Part shown: piece after piece, positions 1 to 10,769 of the stretch
Layout of the letters: every line of letters begins with the position of its first letter
Numbering within the stretch: position 1 is the stretch's first letter
DNA from: Chiloscyllium plagiosum
Taxonomy: Eukaryota
Assembly (NCBI RefSeq): GCF_004010195.1
Contig: NC_057758.1
Coordinates: 8,765,918-8,829,917, forward strand
DNA: 64,000 nucleotides
Direction: 5' to 3'
Translations under genes and position numbers: made by a program
The notes under the pieces: generated by a model
Database searches by the model: none
Told to the model about the DNA's origin: nothing
What the model saw: only the letters and a program-made list of their open reading frames with translations

Positions 1-915
1 TTCGAATCCCACCCCTCCAAATGCAACAAGAAAATAACATCCCTTTTCCTCACCTCCACCCTACCAAACCTCCAGATACAATGAATTTTCCTCCCCCATT
101 TGCGCCATGTACAAACAGATCCCATCACCAGAGATATATTTCCCTCCCCACACCTATTCTCATTAAATAAAAATTATTCCCTCCGTGACTAGCTCATCAC
201 GTCAATACCACCCACCAAAGCAATCTCAACTCGCAGCTCCTTCCCCTGCTCCCGCAGTAATTTTAAAACCTGCGTCCTCACCTCCCCCCTCACCTCCGCC
301 CAAGGACCCAAGGGATCCTTCCATATCCATCGTAGTTTTACCTGCACTTGCAGACACACCACCTACTCTATCTGTTGCACCCGATGTTGTCTCCTACCTA
401 TTGGGAGACAGGACGCTAACTTGCGGCACACTTCAGTGAACACCTCCACGACACCCGCATCACCAATCCCACTGCCCCATGGCCAAACACTTCAGCACAC
501 CCTCCCATTCCACCAAGGTCCTGGGCCTCCTCCACCACCACCCCCTAACCACCTGATGCCTGGAGGGAAAAAGCCTCATCTTTCAACTTGTGACCCTGCA
601 ACCACACGGAATCAATGTGAATTTCACTAGGTCCCTCATTTTCCTTTCCCACACGTTAACCTTCCAACTCAGCATCACCCCCATGACCTGTCCTAACTGC
701 CCACCTTCCTTCGCACTTTTCTGTTCCACCCTCCTCTCCGAAATATCACTTCCACCCCCAACTTTATCTACCTATCACATTCTCATCTACCTTCATCCAT
801 TCCCATTTCCTTCCCATTTATCTCTCAGCACCTTTGGGCGACAAGCCTCATTCCTGATGAAGGGCTGACACATGAAATGTGGATTCTTCTGCTCTTCGTA
901 TGCTGCCTGAAGGGC
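1..915 (+). mobile_element. Penelope-like element (Neptune-type), 3' part: linker, GIY-YIG endonuclease remnant and pseudo-LTR; degenerate
   Basis: Frameshifted translation follows the PLE pattern QTDPITRDIFPSP...C..RC.LL..IGET...PMAKHF...TLQPHGINVNF. It ends in a C-rich tail and ctgatgaagggct...gaaa. Confidence 0.85.
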
Positions 916-1354
916 TATGCTTTCCAATTCTGTTTGGTATATTTCTACATATTATGATTGGTTGTCGTCATCATGGCGGATCTATTATGCTCTTTGCATT
1001 ATTCAATATATTTATTATCCTCTCCTGTCTATCGTCGGTGTTCCTGGTAATCTCACTGTCCATATATTTTTATCTATAAACCAGTTATGACTGCTTTATG
1101 TTCTTTCACGATACTCTACACGTCTTGCCACCAATAGTGTTCCTGGTGATACTTTGAATCCAGTTCAATTCCTGTCTTCCTCCTTGCTTCTGACAGTGTT
1201 ACTCATGGGTCTCTATGTTGACCTACTCATTTGCAGATGTGAACCATTGTCTCTCTGCCCTTGTTAATTAAATGTTCTGGGCGTGGAAGTCATTGTCATC
1301 TATTATGTTTACAAACTCAATTTCCTTCCTGGGATTCCATCCCATCCCTGGCCA

Positions 1355-1610
1355 ATATATTTTATTTTCATTCATTTGTGGGACTTGGGTTTGCTGGCTG
1401 GCCAGCATCGATAGCCCATCTCTATTTGTCCTTGAGAAGGTGAGGGTGAGCTGCCTTCTTGAATCGCTGCAGTCCACTTCCTGTTGGTTGATCCACAATG
1501 CCAATAGGGAGGGAATACCAGGATTTTGACCCAAAGACTGTGAAGGAACAGCAGAATATTTCCAAATCAAGGTGTTGAGTGGCTTGGGGCTGGGCGGTGT
1601 GAGGTGAAAC
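1355..1610 (-). mobile_element. CR1-clade LINE (family B) 3' end
   Basis: Reverse complement resembles the 3' terminus of the LINE at 30760-30875 (gcagc..ttcaa.aaggcagctcacc..caccttctcaa.g). Confidence 0.65.
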
Positions 1611-2517
1611 ATATAGGCGTTGTTTGAAGCAGACGAATCACAACTTTGATGATCCCTTTGATCATGAGCTGATTCCTGACACCATGCCCTGACCATTATT
1701 AACTTGAACTATTCACTGCTCCAGAATGTACTTCACTGGCTTAACCCATCTGCTGTTTGAACCTACAACTGTGAAATGCAGACTTAATGGTGACAACAAT
1801 CTGCTGCTGAAACTCTCGGGTTGAAACCTGCAGAAACAAATCTGATTCGGCCTCAGAACAAAATCCGATCCGTCTGACATTCCTGTGAACGCTGATCTGT
1901 ATCGCTATTGTGTCTGGCAATGCCTTTATTTTAATATTCTTGAGCACTTTAACTCATCTGTCCATGCAACTTCCCGCAATCTCTCTGTGTCGATTATCCA
2001 AATCCCTGTCAGTAGTTCATATTTAACCTGGTTTCCTACAACTGCAGTTTCTCTCAAGCAATGATGTTCACACTCAACTACTCCAAATGCACACACCCCC
2101 CACAACACAAACACACCTCATGCTGGACAGGTAATCCAGTTCACTGAGCAATGCACTAGCACAGACAACACAACTCTCCATGCTGGCCTGTCACATTGTC
2201 CCATTTTATGCTACTTGAAGTGTTCCGTGGAGCGGATTCAGAATTTGATGAAACAAACCATTTAAGCCGATCTGAAAATACCCTTCTTTAATGTTCTCAT
2301 GCTTGCAATTTTGCTCTCTAAGCGTTCAATCCTCCAGTTAGTCCCGCTTCCACATTCTTTTTCTATATATTTCCATAACACGTTCTCAGTTAATTAACTG
2401 TCTGTTTCTGTCTTTAATGTGAATCTTTCTATGCGTCTGTATCTTTCCCTGGCCTTGGTGTTTGGTTCCCGAGTGTACCGAGTGCTGGCATTGTCAAGCT
2501 CAGAAACAGTGAATTGG

Positions 2518-3025
2518 TGTGTGTCAGGCTGTTGCTCACTTCCCGCTGTGTCCCATGTGGTTCTCCATGTCGGGGTGCGGACGTGTGTCAGCCTGTTGTT
2601 CACTTCTCGGTGTGATTTATGTGATGTTCAGGGGAGTGTGTGTCGGGCTGTTGTTCAATTCCCGGTGTGTCCCATACAGTGCTCCATGTTCGGGAGTGGT
2701 AGGTGTGTCAGACTGTTGTTCACTTCCCGGTGTGTCCCATATCGTGCTTCATGTTCGGGAGTGGGTGGGTGTGTCAGACTGTTGTTCACTTCCCGGTGTG
2801 TCCCATGTGATTCTCCATGTCGGGGGTGGGGATGTGTGTTAGTCTGTTGTTCACTTCTCGGTGTGATTCATGTGGTGTTCCATGGTCAGGGGAGTGTGTG
2901 TCGGGCTGTTCTTCAATTCCCGGTGTGTCCCATACGGTGCTCCATGTTCGGGAGCGGTAGGTGTGTCAGACTGATGTTCACTTCCCGGTGTGTCCCATGT
3001 GGTGCTCCATGTTGGGTAGGGGTTT
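2518..3025. repeat. Minisatellite, 8 units of ~55-66 bp with a 4-unit higher-order period
   Basis: Unit tgtgtcagactgttgttcacttcccggtgtgtcccat...ccatgttcggg recurs at about 2520, 2584, 2639, 2704, 2770, 2835, 2897 and 2962. Confidence 0.95.
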
Positions 3026-3119
3026 CAGCAGCTTTGACTGAGTTATTATAAGCTTGATCTGTGCCTGTCTACTGAAGGTCTGACTTCTGTGTTTGTCCCT
3101 TTGAGCTGATCGTGTGGTC

Positions 3120-4456
3120 AGTAACACGATGAAGCCCCTTACGTATTATTGTAAAGGAACAGGTACCTAACATCCCTGACAATGCTGTCACTTTAAAACA
3201 GGTTATTTGTTCATTTTCTTTAAAGAGAGAGCTTAAAGGTCGAACTGTCTACTGCGAACGGCTGAAGTAAAGAACTTAGGAGGCTTTTAGGGGTTTTGTA
3301 TTTATAAATAGTGATAACAATGGTCAGTTCGCACAAACCAGGCTTTCCAGTCTTTCTGAGCTGTAACAATTATCAGGTGCCTGGGGTGGGAGTCGGATTG
3401 GATGCTTCAGTAAATGATCCCTAGCTGCTATTCTCTCTGAGATCTGTCTTGATCCTGTTTCCTCCTGGATTCGAGCACTACATGCATGACTGATTGGCCT
3501 TGGGTGTGTCTTTTTGCCAATGGACGAGTTTATGGGATGATCGTACATTGGAATAGTTCATTAGTGGAACTAATGAACTATTCCAATGTACGTCTATTAT
3601 TCTGTTAAGATTTCCAGTAGTTAAGTTATTCTACATTCCTCTCCTTTTTGCATGTATTTTTATTAGAGAGTTTAAATAAATTTTGTTTTGGTTAAAGTTG
3701 AGTTGTTTGAACAGCTGCATCACATCTGGAACACCCATTTCACATCTACCTTCCCGATAAGACAAAGTTGGCGTCCAGACTGCCACCATAAAGCATTTTA
3801 AGGCAGTCTGGTCTGGTCCATTGCAAAGTGGGGACTCTTGTCCATTTCTATATCGATAATTCCAAATTGGGTTCAGGTTCAGATTCCTTACAGTGTGGAA
3901 ACATTCCATTTGTCCCAACAAGTCTACACCAATCCACCGAAGAGTAACCCAACCAAGACCCAGTCCCCTATCCTGTTATTCCATATTTACCCCTGAATAA
4001 TGCACCTAACTTACACATCCGTGAACAATATGGACAGTTTAACATGTCCAATTCACCTTACTTGCACATCTTTGGACTGTGGGAGGGAAACTGAGCACCC
4101 AGAGGAAACCCACGCGGGGAGGGGAAGATGTGCACAGGGAGATTGTTGGGCTCAAAGGCGGCGTTTGTTTGTGTCTTTTTTTCCGTGCATTGAATTCAGT
4201 TGGTTTGAACAGTGCTTTGTGAAGTAATGGTTCTATCTGATTTTAAGAATTCTATGGGTGTGGAAGAAGTGAAGTTGGAGAATTTACAAAAGGTGAGCAA
4301 GACAATGTTTTTAGAATTGGCAGATAAGCTGGATTTGGGTTTGTGTTTGTGAGAAAAGGAGATAATTACAGCTATAGCTTGGCATTTAAATTTTGGTGGA
4401 AATACCATCAGAATCCTTAGGACATGGCTGCAATTCAATTGCAGATGAGGCAGCTT
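3120..4456 (+). mobile_element. Gypsy (Gmr1-like) LTR retrotransposon 5' end: LTR ~3120-3825, tRNA-Pro-like PBS ~3829-3843, gag N-terminus ~4227-4456; cut by gap
   Basis: LTR has aataaa and ends ...ca, followed by tggggactcttgtcc (compare tRNA-Pro PBS TGGGGGCTCGTCC). Gag reads MVLSDFKNSMGVEEVKLENLQKVSKTMFLELADKLDLGL and resembles the gag at 35364. Confidence 0.7.
3870..4125 (-). mobile_element. HE1/V-SINE, 5'-truncated, inserted in the Gypsy 5' UTR
   Basis: tttggactgtgggagggaaactgagcacccagaggaaacccacgc is the reverse complement of the V-domain core of the copy at 25562. Confidence 0.85.
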
Positions 4457-4956
4457 NNNNNNNNNNNNNNNNNNNNNNNNNNNNNNNNNNNNNNNNNNNN
4501 NNNNNNNNNNNNNNNNNNNNNNNNNNNNNNNNNNNNNNNNNNNNNNNNNNNNNNNNNNNNNNNNNNNNNNNNNNNNNNNNNNNNNNNNNNNNNNNNNNNN
4601 NNNNNNNNNNNNNNNNNNNNNNNNNNNNNNNNNNNNNNNNNNNNNNNNNNNNNNNNNNNNNNNNNNNNNNNNNNNNNNNNNNNNNNNNNNNNNNNNNNNN
4701 NNNNNNNNNNNNNNNNNNNNNNNNNNNNNNNNNNNNNNNNNNNNNNNNNNNNNNNNNNNNNNNNNNNNNNNNNNNNNNNNNNNNNNNNNNNNNNNNNNNN
4801 NNNNNNNNNNNNNNNNNNNNNNNNNNNNNNNNNNNNNNNNNNNNNNNNNNNNNNNNNNNNNNNNNNNNNNNNNNNNNNNNNNNNNNNNNNNNNNNNNNNN
4901 NNNNNNNNNNNNNNNNNNNNNNNNNNNNNNNNNNNNNNNNNNNNNNNNNNNNNNNN
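4457..4956. other. Assembly gap (500 N)
   Basis: Run of N. Other gaps: 9290-9484, 14886-15750, 19892-19906, 25062-25561 (500 N), 38934-39000, 42248-42747 (500 N). Confidence 1.
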
Positions 4957-5079
4957 TAGGGAATACGGTGACTGGCGAAAATGTGGAACGGCAAGAAGTT
5001 AGAATTATCAAAGAGAAGTACTGGAAAAAGAAACAAAGCTCCTTTTATTGAATATTGTTAAGTTGCTGGACTAAATAAG

Positions 5080-6100
5080 TCATGCATTTAGAGGGCTACA
5101 GAGTTACGGCCAGAATGTTGTGCTTGCCGGGTAGCTCTTTCTGGAGCCGGTACAGACATGATGGGTCAATGGCCTAAATCTGTACTGTCATTTCCTTAAC
5201 TCTATGAGGGAGGAAAAAGTATGAAAGGATCCTGCAGACTTGGAAGTAGCGACTGTGACCACAAACATTTAAAACAGGAGCGTAATGGAAAACAGCATAC
5301 CAATTGATGAATAAATCGATGTCAATTGTGAGGGAAAAGTTTAGAATTTTTTCGTTATTCATAATAACTAGATCTTTGACGAATGATTATATGATTTGCG
5401 GAGTCAGCCTAGATTTTAAAAAAGGGAAATCGTTTTTGATAAACCGCTTGGAGATTGTGGAGGATGTTGATTGTGAAAAGGACAAACGAGAACCAATGGG
5501 AAAAGGGTATTTGAATTTTCAGGAGACTTTGACAGGTGAGTGAAGAACGTTCGACTCCTTGTGTTAGGGATAAATATGTTATATGGATTGAGAATTGGAT
5601 ACTGGGGAGAATGCAGAGAGTAAGAATCTGCTCTGGACTAAAGGATATTGCTTCTAGGGTATCCCATATATCAGTGCTTGAAGCACAGCTGTTCACAAGG
5701 CAAAGAAATGATTTGAATGTGAACAACAAATATAATTCTTTTCATTTTGCATTTATTAGAAGATGAGAGGTTGGGAAGTGCAGTTATCACTTATACAATT
5801 CACACTAGCCAGCAAGTAATCAGGACAGTAAATGGTACGTTGCCCTTCATTATAAAATTATTCAAGTGTTGGAGTAAATTCATCTTCTTGCAGTTGTAGA
5901 GTGTTGCTTGGACAGTGTTTTGGCCACTGATTAAAGATTCTCTCTCCTTTATAAGGAATGATTACATTGCGACTGAGATAATGCAAAATACTTTCAACAG
6001 ACTTATTCCTGGGATGATGGTACCGCGAGGAAAGTATGAGGAAAATGAGTGTTTAATACGTGGAGCTGAGAGAAAATAACAGGCTTTTATTATTAAACTT
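5080..6100 (+). mobile_element. Old CR1 LINE fragments (a 3' tail and RT remnants)
   Basis: 3' tail gacatgatgggtcaatggcct...tgtactgt. RT-like remnants YLNFQE.., WIENW..GRMQRVRI and SVLEAQLFT. Confidence 0.65.
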
Positions 6101-6239
6101 TAAGTTTAGGGACTAACTCTCATTTTGTCAAGAAAAAGACAGTGGTCACGTGCAAAATTACATTTTTTCCATGATATTTGATTCCCAATAGTACACATAC
6201 CTGCCCGGAGCCTCCATGTTGGTTGGAAGGCAGCTCCAG

Positions 6240-6523
6240 GCTCGGAATGAACTCTCACTGTCTCAATATGCAGTTGGTGTGTGAATCTGCCCTGTTCACA
6301 AATCTGTCAGCAGCCACAATACCTTATTCCTGAAAGAGTTAGCCATTCCCACCAGGTTGTAACCTCCATCGAAATACCAGTCTGTCTTCTCCGAGATAAA
6401 AGCTTTTTCCTTGAGATTTGGCACAAACCAGCCACTTTCCCTTCTCACATTCAGTAAACCAAGTTAAAGTAACACGTGTACCAATGGCAATGGATCCAGG
6501 AGGAACAACATAGAGCAGTTTAT
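6240..6523 (-). pseudogene. Putative degenerate C-type lectin-like domain (CTLD) remnant
   Basis: Stitching frames gives, in canonical order, INCSML-(C)PPGSIAIGT-CYF, TWF..EC, KEKAFISEKTDWYF, WWEWL, YC, GQIHT-TNC, EFI. It requires several frameshifts and stops. Confidence 0.4.
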
Positions 6524-6594
6524 CTGTGTAGTCTCTGTTTCACTGTCTGTCATGCTGGGGCATCAATTACATCTTGCTATTTCTGCATGATTGA

Positions 6595-6840
6595 TTTGAC
6601 TGGCTGAATGGCCTCTTCCTGCTCACATGGAAGAGGCTCATAGGCCTGACTTGGAAACTCCTGGTTCCTGTTTAATATCTCGATGTGCTGACTACACTCC
6701 TTCCCTCCTCGTGTAATGGGCAGGATGGACTGAATGGGCTATCTCTGTTCGTATTCAATAGTTTCAGTTGAGTTGAATATACTCCTTTGAAACCAGCTTG
6801 AGGTGCTGAGTGAGCTCCTGTTATTCCACTGTGGAACACT
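6595..6840. repeat. Degenerate ~40-bp minisatellite related to the CR1 3' tail motif
   Basis: Recurring gctgaatggcct..cctg.tc..gtgtaa-like units. Similar arrays at ~7810-7900 and ~11360-11550. Confidence 0.55.
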
Positions 6841-6879
6841 AGAAAGAGACATTTCTGGTAAGACTGTTACAGGAGAGTT

Positions 6880-7200
6880 ACCTTCACTTTAACAACACAG
6901 TTTAGATGCTATCCATGTCTTGCTGCACATGGACACGGACTGCTTCAGCAGTGGACAGGCGACAAATCATTCCTCATATTGTGTGATCTTCAGAGAATGT
7001 CTCCACTTCTAAACGTAAGATGTGGGAAAGACATTGAAACAGCTGAAGACAGCTACCTTGAGAATGCACGCAGAGATGTCCTGTGACTGAAATGATTGAT
7101 CCACACCGACCACAAATATCTTCCCTTGTCCTCTGAATGCCTCGAACCAGTGGGGAGTTTGCAATTCATTCCTATTACATTCAATTCTGTTCGGGGTTCA
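6880..7200 (-). mobile_element. CR1 family B RT fragment
   Basis: Reverse complement is similar to 30500-30700. Confidence 0.55.
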
Positions 7201-7299
7201 TTGATACCATCCACAGTTAAATACTGTCTTGATTTCAGTGCCAGTCACTCTTACCGCGTGTTAATATCTTTTATTCATTTGAATAGGTAACGGTGTGTG

Positions 7300-8170
7300 T
7301 GTGAGGAGTGTTTCCTTCTCACAAAAGGTAGTGACTATCGGGACTTTTGTATTCCAGAGAGGTAGGGGAGGTCGATCACTAAGATATTTGGAAGGGGGCA
7401 CAATGGATATATGAGGCATCAGAATGTTGAGGGCTGCAGGGATTGAGCATAAGAGAGAGGGGTTGAGGCTTTTGCAGATCAGCTATGATCATATTGAAGG
7501 GAAAGACAGGCCTGAAGGGCTGAATTATGTGTTCGCGTATCTGATGTTCTCTCATTCTGTTCTTGGGAAGTTATTTTCCTGAAAATTCTGTTATTGGATG
7601 TTGCAGTCAGGGAGACCAGAGGAGTTTGTGGGCCATCTCTGGGTGAGGTATGGGCGCTGTATTTACTGAACCTAAATCGGCAACATGACCAAGAAATGAA
7701 GACAGTTCTGTAAAGACAGAGGAGTGAGATGCTTCACACCGTCACCTAACCTTTATTTTCCCAAGAATATTTTCCAACGCCATGACAAACTGTGTGTGAC
7801 AGTCTTCATCCGCTGAATGGTCTCCGCTCTTTCTGTGCACCAGGTTACTGGGGTAAATGGCCTCCGACTGTTCCTGTCCATCAGGTTTGAGCGTTTCAGT
7901 GGAACATAAGAACATGGGACTGAGAAGAAGGGTTGCTCATTAGATACTTTGAACCTTCTCTACCAGGCACTAAGATTGTGGCTGATCAGGTTGTGGTCTC
8001 AGCCTCACTTTCCTGTCTGCAGTTAATTGTCCTTTACCATCCAATGTCTCAGTAGCATGGCTTTGAATAAATGCAAACACACAGGCACCACAAACTTCTG
8101 GGGGAGAGCATTCCCACTCAAACAACCCTTTGTGAATTTCTCCTCATCCCTCTTTAGACTGGGTTTGGAG
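7300..8170. mobile_element. Two CR1 3'-end fragments (+ ~7300-7560; - ~7905-8170)
   Basis: cagatcagctatgatcatattgaa...gaagggctgaat tail on the plus strand; gaacataagaacatggga... and ttctggggagagcattcc on the minus strand. Confidence 0.65.
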
Positions 8171-8288
8171 AGGTCTCTGTTTCTTTTTCTACTCCCGCTC
8201 CTCCATTGGTCATGCCACATTTTAAATGTAACTACGTTGGTGATATGGCGAATGATATAGTTCTCAGACTAGGTAAGGTTCTTTGCTA

Positions 8289-10480
8289 GGCACAAATCAG
8301 GTAGATATATTTAATTTGGCAAAGTAATTTACCAATGAAAATTTACTCATGCTATCATGGAAAGATACATGGCAAGCAGTGTAGATTAATATGTACATAT
8401 ACTATTTACCTTTCAATCTATACTGAGACGCAGTTTGTATACACAGAAACATACATATACACAGACACATACACTGAGACTGTCACAGTGTCTCACATAC
8501 GCACTGTTGCACATAGACACACACATACACATGCATGAAGACATACAGAATAAACCTCTGCAGAATATCAGCTTAAAATAGCTTTTCGTAGCAAAAGTTA
8601 AAGTCAAGACAAAAGGAAATATTAAATTGTATTCTGCCTCTGAGGTCATTCTGCTCACAGAAGCTGCTCGCAATCGAATTCCTTCCTGGAACAGTTGAAT
8701 TTGGCTCAATTACCTTTGCTTCAGGCAAGGTGAAGATTCCAATGAATCTTCAACTGGAATACCTCACGAGTGCTAAAGATTACTGACGAGTTTTCACCTC
8801 TGCTGTGAGAAGGAACAAGGTAAAAGAGGAAGCAATAAACCGTGAGTTTTCTAGCAGGTTGCATCTTCTCCAACATTGAGCTGAAATATACAATAATGTT
8901 ATCTGACCACCTAATTGGATCATGTGAAGCCTCGTTGAACATGCTTGGCACTGTACGAATCCGTCCCTGTTCCCTCCTCCATGTAGGAACAATTTATAAG
9001 CTGTCGTTTGAAGATGGGCTTGTATATGCCCTGATAATTGTGTCCAATAAATTCATGTCTTTCCATTATCTGTGTTAAAATGAATGCATTTTTCTCTTAA
9101 ATTTGAATCCTTACTTCTAGTTTCCCATACCAGAGGAAATGTCCATCAGCCGCGCACATGACACACTCTCCTCAAGATCTTATATGGTTCAATATGAAAA
9201 TCTCCCATTCTCTACCCTGAAGTGCTCTGGTAGAGGTTTATAAAATCATGAGGGGCATGGAAATGGTGAATAACCAAGGACATTGTCTGNNNNNNNNNNN
9301 NNNNNNNNNNNNNNNNNNNNNNNNNNNNNNNNNNNNNNNNNNNNNNNNNNNNNNNNNNNNNNNNNNNNNNNNNNNNNNNNNNNNNNNNNNNNNNNNNNNN
9401 NNNNNNNNNNNNNNNNNNNNNNNNNNNNNNNNNNNNNNNNNNNNNNNNNNNNNNNNNNNNNNNNNNNNNNNNNNNNNNNNNNNNGGCACAAATCAGGTAG
9501 ATGTATTTAATTTGGCAAAGTAATTTACCAATGAAAACTTACTCATGCTATGATGGGAAGATACATGGCAAGCAGTGTAGATAAATATGTACATATACTA
9601 TTTACCTTTCAATCTATACTGAGACGCAGTTTGTATACACAGAAACATACATATACACAGACACATACACTGAGACTGTCACAGTGTCTCACACACGCAC
9701 TGTTGCACATAGACACACACATACACATGCATGAAGACAAACTGAATAAAACTCTGCAGAATATCAGCTTAAAATAGTTTTTCGTAGCAAAAGTTAAATT
9801 CAAGACAAAAGGAAATATTAAATTGTATTCTGCTTCTGAGGTCATTCTGCTCTCAGAAGCTGCTCGCAATCGAATTCCTTCCTGGAACAGTTGGATTTGG
9901 CTGAATTACCTTTGCTTCAGGCAAGGTGGAGATTCCAATGAATCCTCAACTGGAATGCCTTACGAGTGCTAAAGATTACTGACGAGTTTTCACCTCTGCT
10001 GTGAGAAGGAACAAGGTAAGAGAGGAAGCAATAAACCGTGAGTTTTCGAGCAGGTTGCATCTTCTCCAACATTGAGCTGAAATATACAATAATGTTATCT
10101 GACCACCTAATTGGACCATGTGAAGCCTCGTTGAACATGCATTTACGAATCCGTCCCTGTTCCCTCCTCCATGTAGGAACAATTTATAAGCTGTCGTTTG
10201 AAGATGGGCTTGTATATGTCCTCATAATTGTGTCCAATTAAATCCATGTCGTTCCACTATCTGTGTTAAAATGAATGCATTTTGCTCTTAAATTTGAATC
10301 CTTACTTCTAGTTTCCAATACCAGAGGAAATGTTCATCAGCCGCGCACATGACACACTCTCCTCAAGATCTTATATGGTTCAATATGAACATCTCCCATT
10401 CTCTACCCTGAAGTGCTCTGGTAGAGGTTTATAAAATCATGAGGGGCATGGAAATGGTGAATAACCAAGGACATTGTCTG
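8289..10480. repeat. ~1 kb direct duplication (8289-9289 and 9485-10480) flanking a 195-N gap
   Basis: Both copies start ggcacaaatcaggtagat and run to ggacattgtctg. They show scattered substitutions, small indels and a CA-rich microsatellite. Confidence 0.95.
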
Positions 10481-10750
10481 GGGTTTGGGAAGTTCAAAAC
10501 TAGAGCACACAGATTGAAGTTGAGGGGGAAAGTTTTAAACGAGATAAAAGTAGTAACCTTTTCTCGGAGTGTATGGAATGAACTGTCAAATAAAATGTTG
10601 GAAGCTGGGAAAATTACAGCATTTAAAAACAATTTGGATGGGTACGTGAATAGGAAGGCTTTAGAGGGATATGGGTCAAGTGCTGGTAAATGGGATGAGA
10701 TTAATAGAGGATTAATTAATCTGTTTCTTTGCTGTATGGCAGAATAAGGC
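10410..10750 (+). mobile_element. CR1 LINE 3' end
   Basis: ORF 10439-10747 reads KTRAHRLKLRG...FSRSVWNEL...AGKITAFKNNLDGYVNRK, the CR1 ORF2 C-terminus. Confidence 0.85.
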
Positions 10751-10769
10751 CTTCTTTCTAGGAACAAGT

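Noticed and set aside
930..1330. Purine-rich minus-strand stretch that might be a retroelement coding remnant
   Set aside because: No diagnostic motif was recognised, so it is left unannotated.
2518..3025. CRISPR-like repeat-spacer appearance
   Set aside because: The 'spacers' are homologous to each other, the context is eukaryotic and there are no cas genes.
2419..3051. 210-aa Cys/Val-rich ORF
   Set aside because: It is a translation of the TG-rich minisatellite; the openness reflects repeat composition.
4196..5036. Long ORFs here and at 9238-9523, 14740-15895, 24836-25722 and 42229-42834
   Set aside because: They are artefacts of N runs.
7590..7710. Minus-strand acceptor (ctctgtctttacag) followed by a short open frame; a similar case at ~1828
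   Set aside because: No recognisable product or convincing donor; such sites occur by chance.
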